DNA from: Plasmodiophora brassicae
Lineage: Eukaryota
DNA: 64,000 nt
Direction of reading: 5' to 3'
Assembly: GCA_036867785.1 (NCBI GenBank)
Contig: CP145420.1
Span: 682,001 to 746,000, forward strand
Shown here: piece after piece, positions 33,595 through 46,600 of the stretch
Position numbering within the stretch: position 1 is the stretch's first letter
Layout: the number at the start of each line of letters is the position of its first letter
Notes under the pieces: generated by a model
Databases searched by the model: none
Seen by the model: the letters and a program-made list of their open reading frames with translations, nothing else
Told to the model about the DNA's origin: nothing
Position numbers and translations under genes: made by a program

Positions 33595-34197
33595 CTAGAA
33601 TCCGGCAGAGTGCAACGAGGCAGCCAGCTGGGGGTTGGCCTGCTCCACGTTGCGGACGGCGGTCTTCTTGATGTCCTCCAATCGCCTGCGCTTCTCCAGC
33701 CACGCCTCGTTGCGCGCCTTGCGCTTGTCCTCGAGCTTCGCGATAATGCCGCGGTACTTCCAGCCGACGTCGTTGCTCAGGTCGCCGAGCACGGACCACT
33801 TACGTCCAGGCTGCAGGCGGAGCATACGAAGGGCATCAGGAACGACCTGACGCTTGACCTTCTGGTACGCCGGAGGCACACCTTCGAAGGTCTGCAGGCG
33901 CGCAAGCGCCTCCTGGCCACGCTTCGTCTTGTACGGCACCATGCCGCGAATAACACGCGCCAGAATCTTCGACGGGGCGCGCTCATGGAACGGGCCACGC
34001 TTCGGGTTGGTGTTGTGGCGTTTGCGCAGGAACGCCCAGTACTTGGTCTTGTTGCGGAACAGCGACCCGCTCATCTCGATGAGCTCCGTCCGCACAACAA
34101 CGACACGCTGCCCATTCAGGAGCTCCTTGGCGAGGACGGACGCCAGGCGACCGAGCAGATGACCGCGGCCATCGACAACAACCGTCTTCTCAAACAT
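33595..34197 (-). CDS. RPL13A: 60S ribosomal protein L13a (uL13)
   Basis: VVDGRGHLLGRLASVLAKELLNGQRVVVVR...NPKRGPFH.RAPSKI...RGMVPYKTKRG. Confidence 0.97.
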   Translation of the reverse strand: MFEKTVVVDGRGHLLGRLASVLAKELLNGQRVVVVRTELIEMSGSLFRNKTKYWAFLRKRHNTNPKRGPFHERAPSKILARVIRGMVPYKTKRGQEALARLQTFEGVPPAYQKVKRQVVPDALRMLRLQPGRKWSVLGDLSNDVGWKYRGIIAKLEDKRKARNEAWLEKRRRLEDIKKTAVRNVEQANPQLAASLHSAGF

Positions 34198-34488
34198 GGT
34201 TTCCCGAAGTCAACCCGCTGCCTGCGTTGTTCTTCACGGACTCCGCCCACGGACTTCGCTACATCGCAATATATGGCCGTGCCCTAATCCTCTATCCCAG
34301 CCTCGAAGCGAGTTTCCAGTCCTTACCCAGGACGATCTTGGGAACCTATCATAGCTTCACTTGCTAACAACGGGGTATTGATTCATGCGACGGTCCCAGT
34401 CGTACCGCCTTAGTGAGGGCACGCGTCCTCTGCAGCGTCACTCGTTTGATTGGGGCAGGCCCTTGGCGTTGCGCGTTCTGGGGTGCAA

Positions 34489-35126
34489 ATGGTTGTGACC
34501 GGACCACCACCACCTAAACCAAAGGGTCCCCCGCCAGATAAAGATGTCGTCCTGGCGCGGATGATGGACCCCTCGCTGTTCACCGGGTCCCACAAGCACC
34601 GCTTCGATGAGAACGGGTACGCCAAGATCAATATCGGCATCGTCTGGCCGCTAGCGATAACGATTAACGTTTGGCACAATGTAGAAAAGGCAAGGGTATA
34701 TCAGACCGGCAACGCGTGGGCATGGTACCGTCCATGTTCCTGACTGGGGGAGCAGACCCGGACGTGGCGCAGAAAGAGCTTCACCAGAAGAGTAGTAGTG
34801 CCAAGAATGACGAAACTCTGAAGCGACTGACAGACCCGAAGCTGTACACGTCGACTCATAAGCACCGGTTTGATAAGAACGGGTAAGCATCGCAGGCGGA
34901 AACTGCCAGTAGAGTACTCAGACAGCGGGGTTTGTTTGGTAGGAACGGATTGGGCCTCGCTGGGAGGGACCGCATCATCAAGGGGCTGGGCACTTGGCCG
35001 ACAGTGCCATATCTTGGGGGGCCAATTATGGACATTATTCAGGTAATGAGGACACCACCTCCAGAGAGAGTCTACCCGAAGGCCAGCAAGGCATTCAAAC
35101 CGAAAGCAAAGTCCAAAGATATATGA
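34489..35126 (+). CDS. TPPP/apicortin-like protein with two partial p25alpha repeats; introns 34617-34684 and 34883-34942
   Basis: RMMDPSLFTGSHKHRFDENG|KGKGISDR and RLTDPKLYTSTHKHRFDKNG|NGLGLAGR. Confidence 0.85.
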
Positions 35127-35412
35127 AGCCTCAATGCAGTCTCATCCCATCTGTCGATGCCGGTTTGCCCAATTGGTGCCCAATGCGATATTCGGACTTC
35201 AGCTACGCTGCTGTCAAGTGTCATTCATTATTGTTCTCCTTGAGAGTACTGTACTTCTTCTGTCTGGAGCCAGTCTGCTGAGAGCTGATCCGAAAATAGC
35301 AAATGAGGATGCTCCGAAATAGCCCGTTGGCCAGTACGAGGTTCGAGTGTATGACCAGCTGGCAGATTGGCGGGCGGCGACAGCAGGCAACCCGAGGCAG
35401 TCGGTCAAACTG

Positions 35413-36491
35413 ATGACGGTGTCGTCGATGCGATACCTGTTGGTGTTGCTTTATATTGTTACCGTGGCGGACCCTGTGCACGGAGGACTATGGGGACGCA
35501 ATAAGGGTGACGATGGAAGACGAGCCGATGGTTTGAGGTAGGTTGGAACGCCATAGCCTTGCCTCCGTTTTGACGCTCACCTCATTATGTATTTGCTTCT
35601 AGGGAAAGGACTCGAGGATTTTGGCCCGTTACGCGATGGTTTACCCGGACCTCCAAACCGGATGTCGAACGGCGCCTAGGTGGTTCAGCACCTATTGATC
35701 GCGAAAAGCCTAATTATCGAATTCCTGACACCAATGGACGGCAAACTGAACTGTTAACGCATCGTCCCGTTCAAGAGACGCATCGGAACTTGGATACACA
35801 AAGAAGCCGAAGCAGCGATGCTTCCCTCAAGCAACGCTCCCCTAATGAGAGCATAGCAAAGTCCGCCTCACAAGCGTCACCGCCATCAGTGCCTGGTAGT
35901 GGTACTGCGATGAATGACCTGTCTTCAACGTCGTCTACTGCAAGCGTGAGTACGTCGATGACACCGCCTGCAACGGGTTCGTCGTTACCGGCATCTGGAA
36001 ACGGGTTGTCTACTCGCACCGCACATGAGGAATCGTTGTCGCCGCGATGGATAGCGTTATCGGTCGTGATGTCGCTACTGACTGTTGCTGTAGCGATTCG
36101 GAGCCTGAAGAAGCGACCTGCCTCTCCTGCATCGCCGCCTCAAAGACATCTGTTGTCATCTCGTCATCGGATTGCAGCATCGACTACGCAGAAGGTCGCT
36201 GTCATGACCGCTCTTGTCGGGTCCGCGGCCATGCTCGCAGCGACCTCTGTACTGAGGCGCAGGCAGTCAGGTTCTGCTGTACCGTTGCCAGCGCCTATGA
36301 CACAAGCGAACAATAACGACATTGGCTTCCTGGACCGGTATCCGACATGGGTCCAAGCGACTGTCCTCGGTGTGGCGGCGGTTTTCATCGGGGTCTGCGC
36401 GACATTCATGATACGCCGGCGGGTCCAGACCAGTCGGATTCGTCGGTTTCGAAACAAACAACGTGCTCGTATTGAACAGCTCTTTCAATGA
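35413..36491 (+). CDS. Lineage-specific signal-peptide / 3-TM family, member 1 (5' exon structure uncertain)
   Basis: Signal MRYLLVLLYIVTVADP, Ser-rich stalk, three hydrophobic helices, tail IRRRVQTSRIRRFRNKQRARIEQLFQ. Confidence 0.6.
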
Positions 36492-37014
36492 ACTGATTTC
36501 TAATTCTATTCTCCATCATTTGAGTCGACTTTCAACTTGATCAGTTATCAGTTAAACAGTTGTCCGGCCGTCAGGATGGCAGATGCCATTGCCCACCTGT
36601 TCACGACACAATATGGTCGCACGGTGTATGGATCGCAAGCCTTGCGTACAGGTCCAGATTGTCGTCAGCGCCCTGTGCGTGCGCTCGATCTGATGACAAC
36701 GGACACAGCCAGTGGCGCCCCATCGTGGACGGAGGAAGACCGTGCGCGGAATATTCCCTGCAGAACCTGGTTGGTAGTTACACGGTCCGGGGAGAACTCT
36801 GCAGCCGCGTGCAGCGCGCTCGTGACTGCGCAGTTCCACAGTCACCGGGGCGCGGTCCGCAGAGCAGGCCGTTGGCCCGATTTAGATGCAGGACTGCAGC
36901 CGGGGGAGACGACGAGGACGCCCCATTACGCAATCGGGCGTCGCCAGTGCGAACCGCCCGTTACTGCCTGTCACGACCTGCCGCCGACGTCGCCACCTAG
37001 GACCCGATACGCCC

Positions 37015-38439
37015 ATGCGGGCCCATACCGCAATCTTGTACCTCGCGTGGGTCGTTGTCAGCGTGCTGGCTGTTGCTCGGGCAGGTTTCGGTTTCCCTGC
37101 CCGGAAGAATCGACCAAAGTTCGTATGCCGGTCTTTGCGTTGCGCTGTGGCCAGGCTGACGCGTTCGCTAGCCTGGAAGCGTTTCTGTCATCGAAAGTTT
37201 CCTCGGATCTGTGGGTGGCCTAATTATTGAGTTCCGCTGGCTGCTGCCCTTGTTGATCCTGTCCCGCAGGGGTGCCAAACTGAATTTCTTGTTGCAGAAA
37301 CCTAATGATGACACCGTGTTCGCAGAGTAACAATTGCTGTTTATACGCCGGATCGGCGCATGCACCGCCACTGAATGCTGTCTCATAGTGTTCGGGACGA
37401 CGAAAAGCCGTATCTGCTCGCCTGCCAGAAGCTGGTGGAACAACGCAACAGGGGTAAATTGTGGCACAATTCCAAGTCAAACAGGCAGGACAAGCCAGAG
37501 GCAGTCGCGGTTACTGCTATGGCGGGCGTCCTAGGAATTGCCGACAAGCGGAAGATACCGAGCGGGACGGTTAAGAAGTTTCTGAAGGAGGGGAAGTACA
37601 ATGACCTTATCGCGGTCTACGCAGCCCTTCACAAGCTAGGTTGCCCACCCATCGCTGTGCCAAACATCATTCATGGCGAAAATTCGAATTCGCCATTCGC
37701 TGCTGGCTCTGGTTTCGGCGTGAACGTATCCAACTTGACGGCATCCGACGTCGTGAACCTGACCATATCAAACTTCAGCGACAATGCCTTGAACGTCACC
37801 GTGAACGCGATCGGAATCTCAACGAAGGCGCCCATTTTGCAAGATAACCTACCCAGCGATGGCACGAACACGTGCTACGGCCCAGAGAGCGACTGTTCGA
37901 AAGAGACGGCAGCACTCTCCAAGGATCCGGACCTGGAGCTGGATGACCATGATCCGAACGCCAACGGGACATCCTCATCGACAATGGTGGGGATCGCTGG
38001 AGGGGCTGGCGTCGTCCTCGCTACTGGCTTCGTATGGAAACTCCTCTCAAGGAATCCCGTGCCTGCGCCTCTTCCTGATTCCCGGGGGCCCATCTTCGAA
38101 TCGCGGTCTGCCAAGCTTGCATTGGGCTACGCCCTGGTAGCTGGTGCTGCCGCGGTGATCGGCCGGTCGTCACGAATGGCGAGGGCTCAGTCGAGAGCAC
38201 ACGTCATACAACTCCCTGAATCCGATGCGAATGATGATGAGGACCTGCTGACAGCGCTTCGGATCCCGATGTGGGTCTGGTCTGTTGCCGCTGGCGTTGC
38301 CCTGCTGCTCGGCGTCGTCATCTCCTTGGTGATCCGTTGGCGCGTTCGCCGAGCCGCCTTGCGGCGTTATCAGAGAGACCAAGTCGACCGACTCGATGCC
38401 CTCTCCAACAAGAACACGTACCTGAACCTCATTCAGTAA
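37015..38439 (+). CDS. Lineage-specific signal-peptide / 3-TM family, member 2
   Basis: Signal MRAHTAILYLAWVVVSVLAVARA, Asn-rich stalk, three TM helices, tail IRWRVRRAALRRYQRDQVDRLDAL. Confidence 0.7.
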
Positions 38440-38884
38440 ACAGTCGCCTGGTACCGATAGCCACGAGGTCGCTCGCGGTATTGGTTCTTGTTGTAACGAA
38501 CCTTGCGGGTCCGCGCGGCTCCACCTATCTTAGTTCTCAGGTACGTCATCTTGGTGTACCGCTTTTCTCGCTGTGCTCTTCAGCACTGCTGCTATTCAAT
38601 TGCCTCTTTATGTTCGTCGGAAAAGTGCTCGTAGCTATCGCGCTCTTGGGTTCCGACACCCGGGGAAATGCCCTGCTCCCGGTGTGGGGCGCAAGGTACC
38701 CGCGTCCGGGGACTGATCGAACAGTCCTGTTCAGAGTCTTCAGACCACAAAATCGCGGTGTGGTTCAGAGTCAGACACGGGTCGGGTGGGAGGGACACAT
38801 CGGACACGATCTGTTTTTTCTGTGCAGTGTGGCCGCGGCCATTCGCGATCGCGCGACGAGGTTGCGTGACCCGTCGCGACGATC

Positions 38885-40368
38885 ATGTCGGAGCAACGCG
38901 ACGAGAGCCTCGATTTCTATCAGGAAGAGTCATACGTACGGTCGTATCGGTCTCCAGGGTCCCTGCTGACGTTCAACATCGCCCATGGGTACGATGCTCG
39001 TCGGCTGGGTCGCGTCCCGTGCTCTGAGCGCGTCGTTCGTAGATATCTCGAGGGCGTGTTCCGCGGGTTCCGATCCGGGTTCCTGACCGTATCCCATTAC
39101 CGACAGTTATGCCAGTGCGAGACGCTGGATGATGTCAAGCTGACGTTAACGGATACCGATTACGCGGCCGCTCTGCAGGCTCTACAGGCGCCGAAACTGA
39201 CCCCTGAAATGATTGTCGACGTGTGCGGCTCGAAGCTGAATCAGGTCTGTTGTATTCGACTGCAACAATGTAACTTATCATCTCTGGGCGTGTGTTTATA
39301 ATTGTATGGTCAGGAGTTCGACCATATTCGATCCCAAGCCACTGGACCCCTGGCAACGTTCATGGACATGATATCGTTCGAGTTCATGATCGACAACATA
39401 TCGTTCCTGATACTGAGTCTCGTAAAAGGAGGTGCGCCCGATCACCTCCTGTCGAAATGCAACCCAATGGGTCGCTTCCCAAGGATGAAGGCAGGAAGCA
39501 CGCCGTTTACCCCCATCCGATGGTTTCTGATGTTGTCCCCTGGTTAGTCGATTTTGACGTTCGAAAACACCGATGAGGGTCTGCTTGACCTGTATTCGAC
39601 CGTCTTGGTCGACACTCCCGTCGCGCCCTACTTTGAGAAATACTTCGAAGTCGTGTCTCCCATCGGGGCTGATTCCCCACCGCTGCTTCACATGCATCGG
39701 GTGTTCGCCGAGGAAGACATCGATGTCATTAACGATGTTCTCAAAAGGTAATACTGCTTGTGTATCTGCACATGACAACGTCATGATTTGCTGTGCGACA
39801 GGCTGTGGTTGGAAGATTTCTACAATTATGCTCAACAGCTTGGTGGGACGACATGGGAGGTTATGAAGGACCTTCTGGAATTCGAAGCTGATAGGAGAGC
39901 AATTTCAATCATGATTAACTCGTTCGCCACGCCGCTGAATGACCCTCTCCGTCGCCAAGAGAGGGCGTCCATGTTCGCGAGCTTCGGAACGCTGTACCCA
40001 AGCGCAATCGAGAAATTCTCTCAGGTTGGTGACATGTCGCAGCTGGGAGCCGTTTTAGAGGACTACAAGCCCTTCCATCTGCTCTGGCAGAGGGCCCATA
40101 ATGAGGGCAAAGAGTAACAACCGTCGCCTCCTCCCGCTGTTGCGAGCTCGGGTCCAATACCTGTTTCCTTAGGATCGTCGATGTGCTCTACGAGCGGGAA
40201 ATCGAACTGAGTCGCGAAGCGTTCCTCGGGCAATCACATCTAGCGTTCGTGTGGGCGTATGTGAAACTGAAGGAACAGGAGCGCCGGAACCTGTTCTGGA
40301 TCACCGAGTGTATTAACCAGCAACAGAAGGACCCTTCTACAATTAACCGCTGGATCGCCGTATTTTAA
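38885..40368 (+). CDS. VMA6: V-type ATPase V0 subunit d, multi-exon
   Basis: LTFNIAHG|YLEGVFRGFRSGFL...YRQLCQCETLDDVKL, LVDTPVAPYF, LEFEADRRAISIMINSF, AYVKLKEQERRNLFWITECI. Confidence 0.95.
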
Positions 40369-40816
40369 CAAACGGTTCAGTCAGTTATCTATCATTGCTC
40401 TCTCTGGCTGGAACAGGTAATGGTGCCGCGGTCAGTTTCAAGAACGTTGCCAAACCAGGCAGCTAGGTAGCTGGTCGACAAGGCCCTCGGTCTCTTGTTC
40501 AGTCAGCAGGGTTACCGAACCAATTCCTGGTTGGTGAGACTCTCTTGAACGTAAACGGTGCGTTGACGCCGACCAGGAATGGTGTAATGGTATGTACATC
40601 CTTGACAAGAACGGCCGCTGTCACCGATGATAAACGGAAGCCACTCTGCATGGAAACGACGGATCCCCTTGTAGACGTTCTTCTTATCGAAGCACCTCAT
40701 CGCGAGCACCGGTAGATAGAACCGTTCGGCAGGCGTCTACAGGTCGTAATGGGGGCGTTGCAATCAGGTGTAGGATGGCATACCGAGCAAATTACACTAG
40801 TTTATCAACAGGAATG

Positions 40817-42215
40817 TTATGGGCATTCGTGGTTAAACAAGTCGTTGAGTCGGGCGGCTTGTCCTTTCTGGTAACGAAGCACAGCGGTACGACGGAGGCG
40901 CCAGCTGAACAATAGAGTAGTGATGATGCCGAGCAGGGCAACAGCGCCAACTGCCATGGACCAGGCCCATATCGGGAACGGCAACGCGTTCTCGTTGCCA
41001 TTCGCACTGGCCGCGCGACGTTCCTTGTCGAGTTTACTCGGTTGCGGCGCGCCAACTCGTGATGATCCGACCATGACGGCAGCGCCTACTAGGGCACCAC
41101 CCAACGCAAACCTGCCGGAGCGTGACTTAAGGATATGCTGACGAGAATCAGGAAACGGCGCAACGGATACAGGCTCCAGATGGAAGCACCTCCAGAGCAG
41201 GCGCGCTGTTAGAAGGCCAGACGACCAGATGATCGTCGCCAGGTTGACTGCCTTTTGTCCAGAAGGGTTTGCCGGTGTAATCTTGTCCTTCTTCTCCAGG
41301 CCACAAACCGAGGCTAGCGCGTACTCGTCCGGACGATTGTTCATCGTGTTGTTGGTCACATTTGTTGCGGCAAGGGATTCGTTAGACGGGAGGCAGCTGA
41401 GAGTCACCGCGATGTCGGACACGTTGGTTGCGGGGTAGGCCTCGCTAGACTGGAGGCTGGGCGCTTTGGGGAGGGATTGGTTCACGATGGTGACACCAGG
41501 AAGGTACTTGACGACGACGGAATCGCTTTCAGGATTGCTATTGCTGGCGTTGGACCTGTTCAGGAGATACATAACAGCGTCAGCATTAACAGGTACGGCA
41601 TCGTCTTCCGGTGCAGGTGTACACTCCTCGCCTGGAGGTTGGATTAGTGCGAACGTCGGCGGCCCGAGCCTGGCTCGACACTTGGGCAACGCGCGAATTT
41701 GGTTGTATACCTCCAGCAGTTGTTTGCTGCCGCCATATACCAGGTAGTCCTGAACCGCCGCATGGCTCTCCGTCGAATTGAGGACGATATCCAATGGACT
41801 GCCAGCAGCCAGCCTTAGGAATCTGAGGACGCCGTTACTCAGCAGCAATTCCCGAATCGCTTGCTCGCGGGGTTCTCCGGGGGTGTTGCCCAGCTGCCAG
41901 TGCCTTAACGCGACTTCACGTTCCTGCCTGAGCTCATGACAGGCCTGCAGGAAAGGCCTCTCGATCTCCGGTGCACTATGTGGAAGCGGTCAGGCACTTC
42001 GTTCAACATGATAGAAGAGCGTACCCATCGATGTGGTTCATCCTGCTGATTGCTGTCAGTAACGGGTTGATTGTCTATTGCGCCGTGCGTCACCTGTGCT
42101 CGAACCTCCTTACTGACCGGGCGTCGTTCGTACGTTGGACCAAGGCTGCGACCATGATCATCGCAGGCACGAGGGGACCGGTCCAAAGGTTACGAGGTAC
42201 AGCATCGAGCATCAT
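40817..42215 (-). CDS. Lineage-specific signal-peptide / 3-TM family, member 3
   Basis: Hydrophobic N-terminus LVPAMIMVAALV; PFPDSRQHILKSRSGRFALGGALVG; tail FSWRLRRTAVLRYQKGQAARLNDLF. Confidence 0.68.
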
Positions 42216-42913
42216 GCTGCAGCCGCAACGATCGATTACGAACTGGGCCTGTGCGTAACAGGACGCCCGCATTCCGTGCGACTGTGAACGGCAGGTCCTG
42301 TCTCTAAATCGGGTCGCTGCCCCAGTCCCACGGACTGCCCTTGCGGCACCCCCAGGACCGCACCGCATCACCGCGTGCTGGCCAGTGGGCGCTACGCACG
42401 CGCCTGACGCGGTGTCTAGCGACAAGCGCACACTGTTGTAGTACAGGCCCCGTTCTATTTCCCTGCTGGTCGCCAACGGCTCTCATGCGCGCGATCTGAC
42501 TCGACGCTTTCTGATTTCCGAGACTTGCCCCGGGAACGACAGCAGATGCATGGTGGGTGACATCGTGGCGTTGCGTGATCGGCAATCACATTTAAATACT
42601 GCACTGCCATATCCGATCCTACTCGTGCCTTCCGAGGTCTGCGAACCAGCAATCGATCACGTTGTACTTGGGGCATTTCCGCTGTTGCTCGCCGAAGTGC
42701 TGAAGGACGTTCCGCACTGCCGGGTGCATCCAGGCCCGATATTTTATCCGTACTGTAGTATCAACAAGGCGAGGCGACACACGAGGGTGCCCAGGCGACA
42801 CAGGGCCACCGGCACACACCAACCAGCGATCGGGGCAGGCGGCTGTGAGTGATGCGCGACGGAGTCCGGTACGGAGTCCGCAACGGCGGTGTCAGGACGG
42901 TTGCATTGGGAAA

Positions 42914-43569
42914 ATGGCCGACGTCGACGACTCGTACGTGCCGCTGGTGACGCTGACCGAGGAGGTCGCCGTCGACACGGGCGAACAGAACGAGACCGAA
43001 CTCTACAAGGAGCGCGCTAAGCTCTACAGATTCAGCAAGGAGCTCAACATTTGGAATGAGCGCGGCACTGGTGACGCGCGGCTTCTGCAGGTCGGCCGAC
43101 AGCCTGTTCGCTGGCCACAACCGCTTTCTAAGTGCCAATGCAGGCCAAAGCTGGCGATAAGGTCATCCGATTCGTGATGCGCCAGGAGAAGACGCTGAAA
43201 GTCGTTGCGAACCACGTCGTCCCGCCTGACGTCAAACTCGAATCGAACCTGGGCAGTGACCGATCATGGGTATGGGTCAGCAAGGATTTCTCCGACCCGG
43301 ACGACACGAACGCGTACACGTTCGCCATCAAGTTCCGGACGGTCGAGGCCGCCGAGGAGTTCAAGTCGAAGTTCGAATCCGCGCAGGAGAACAACAAGAA
43401 GGTGGTGGACGCCGCCAAGCCGTCCAAGGACGGGGACGACGAGCGCGAATCGACCGAGGCGGCCGCGGAAACGCCCGCGGCAAAGCCATCGGCGCCTGAG
43501 GCTGACGAGCCAGCAGCATCGTCCGAGACCCCTGCTGACAAAGAGAAACCCGCTGCGGCGTCGTCTTAA
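42914..43569 (+). CDS. RANBP1: Ran-binding protein 1; one intron near 43091
   Basis: TGEQNETELYKERAKLYRF...WNERGTGDARLL...IRFVMRQEKTLKVVANH...GSDRSWVW...FAIKFRTVEAAEEFK. Confidence 0.95.
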
Positions 43570-43681
43570 TCGGATGCGCGTCACGATCGTGGCCTGGCCG
43601 CGCACGGTCGCTCTACCTATTACTAAACCGCAACGCCATTGCACACTCCAGGTCGCAGGTCATGTACTGGTGGTTCGCCGC

Positions 43682-46600
43682 TCACTTCTGCTTGTCGCGG
43701 TTGAACCCGATCATGAGGAAGTAGGCGAGGACGCGGTAGCCGACGGCCAGCCCCGTCATGTACCACAGGTCGGACGTGACGCGATTCAGTGTGTACCTGT
43801 GCGTGTGCACACGCTCGCTCAGCTGCATGTGTGCATGCCTACCAGGCGGAATACGATGCACGGCCCGTACCCGAACGACTTCTGGATGAAGGCGATGTCG
43901 TAGATCTGGTACGGCTGCCACGACAGCGAATCTGTTGCGCGCGAGTTCAGCACCCGGATTCGCAGACGGCCTGCTGGCCCGTACACATGGCTTCCGTCGC
44001 CCACACGTTCGGCCCCTGGACGAACGCGTTCAGTGTCGGATTGCCCCGGCCGGGTAACGATGGACGTACCATGTCGAACACAAAGATGTACCCGCCGGTG
44101 GTCGCGTCGGAGACGGTGGGGCCGAACCCGCAGAAGACGGCCATGAAGAGCGTCACGACGACGGCCAGCAGGGCCGTGTTGCGTCGCGCCACCAGCATCG
44201 TGATGACGGCGGCCACGCCACTGGGGGAAGTCGGTCAGCGAACTGGGGCGGCTCGCGCGCGCGCTCGCGCGACACCCACTAGATCGTGAAGATGTTCAGG
44301 AACAGCATGAGGAACTGCATGCCGATCGTGTAGGGCGGCTTGACGAACAGGTAGTAGACGGCGGCGTAGTGGGCGGCCGACAGCGCGATGCGGTACGCGA
44401 CCGCGACGGTCTTGCCCTGACGATGCACCGATGAGTTCAGGGGCACGGCGCCCGCTCCACAGCGGCGGCCAACGTACAACGTAATAGGCGAGCGTGCTCT
44501 GCCCCGACGCGGTCTCCCGCCAGTAGATGGGCTTCTCTTCGCCGAACACGCGCACGCCTGTGGTGGTGACGTCGTGTCAGGGACGGCGCGGGCGAAGGAG
44601 ACGGCGGCGTCGCCCACCGGGAGGTGCCGCCGACAGCGCCAGCGAGATGCCAATCATCATGCCGTCGAGCGGGAGGACCCAGGTGTCCGGCGTGATCGAC
44701 AGGAACGTGTACGGCGCGGCCAGGATGCCCTGGTACGACTCGTGGGGCGTCCCCGAGCCATGGCCGCCGAACAGGACCCCGGCCAGGACGCCGACGAACA
44801 CCTCCAGGACAAGGGCGCGCATCGCTCGCGACTGTTGCACCAGGGACCGGGCGTGGCATTGCTGGACCTGTCAGCAGCAGCGCTGGGTCGACGCGCGTGG
44901 ACGGATCGTTAGAGGCACCGGGCAGACGGACCTGCACCAGGAAGGACGCGCCGCGCGACCTGGCCAGCGCCGCCAGATCCTTCACCGACGACGTTGACGA
45001 ATTGCCCGGCTGTTGCTGCTGCGACGCCGGGCGGTTCCCCTGCGCCTCGTCCCACTTGCTGACGAGATCGGCAGGTGACAACGGCAGCGACTCGGCGTTC
45101 TGATCGCAAGCGGGCGAGGGACGTCTTAGCCCGGTGGCGCGTTGCTGGATGGTCCACGATTCACCTGGTGGGTGCCGCGCCCGGCGAGAATGTCCATCAG
45201 CACATCGGCGGGGTTCACCTCCGCGTCGAATGCGAACCCAAGCGACGCGAAATAGTCCTGCACCTGGTCTGTCGCGAGCGTCAGACCGAATCGGCACGCG
45301 GGCTGGCCCTGTGCCTGCGGATCGTCACGACGCACCGGTTGGCCCGAAGTACGCCGTCTTCCCGCCGGGCACCAGCAGCAGCACGTCGTCGAACATGTTG
45401 AAAACCTCGATCCGGGGCTGTGGACCGTCAGCGATTACGAGCCCTGGCCTGCCCCCCGTCGTCCGACCTGATGGATGACGGCCACAACGGTGACGCCTAG
45501 CTTGCAGACCGCCTTGAAGATCTCCATGACGTCACTTGATGCTGTGGAGTCCAGGCCGCTGACGTGTGACGGTGTTCAGCAGCGGGTACGGGACCCTCCT
45601 CCATGGCGCATTACGAACCTGGTCGGCTCGTCAAGGAAGATCGCCAGCGGGATCGCGGCCAGCTCCATGCCAATGTTGACGCGTTTGCGCTGCCCTCCCG
45701 ATACGCCTCGGATCACCTCGTCGCCGATTGGCGAATGGGCCACATGCGACAACCTTCGCGCGCGCGTCAGTCGCCTAGGACTCCCATCTGTCGGTTCCAA
45801 GAGCACGGTACTTCAAGGCGTTCAGGACGTTGTCGACGTGCGCCTCGATCTGCTCGTTGGTCCACGAGCTCGGCAGACGAATTCGGGCGGCGTGGCTGAT
45901 CACCTCGCGGACGGTCAGCTCCCTGTGCATGATGTCCTCCTGGGGCACGAATCCAATGATCTTCCGGAACTCGTGCATCTCGCCCGCCTGCCCGTTGATC
46001 AGCAGGTCGCCGCCCGTGCGGGTCACCTTCCCCATCAGCACGCTCATGAACGTCGTCTCTGGCACACCCGTCAGCTTCGGCCGCAGACGGGGCACCTGCT
46101 CGTGACGGTTACTTCCGGCCCCGGACGGTCCCATGATGGCCGTCATGCGCCCCGACAGAATGTCGCCCGTGGCACCCTGCAGGATCGCCTTCCGGTTGGG
46201 AAGCGTCAGCTGTAGGTCGTTGAACCTGTGGTCCGATTCAGATCCGCCTCGGGGCAACCGCTGAGCGCGCCCTGGACCGGAAATTCATGCGAAGGTCGTT
46301 CGGGTTGCCGCGTTTGAACCCGTCTGCCAGGCGGGCGATGCTCTCCTTGAGATCGTCGACGTGCTGGATGTTGACCTGGGCCGGGTTGACGATGTCCTCA
46401 GCGCCACTTCGCCTCCTGGCGGCCAGCGCGCGCTGGACGACCATCGGCTGCAGCGTGGAGAGCGACAGGTTCGCGCGCTTCGCCTCGTACACGCGACGCA
46501 GGAGCAGCGTGCAGGCGAGCAGGATGTCGATGATGATCACGATCACCAGCAGGCCATAATGCGTCTCTGTGGACAGACGTTAAGACGCTACCTGTGCACA

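Noticed and set aside
40400-40790. Short minus-strand ORF 40512-40709
   Set aside because: Non-ATG start, no motif, lies between converging genes; insufficient support
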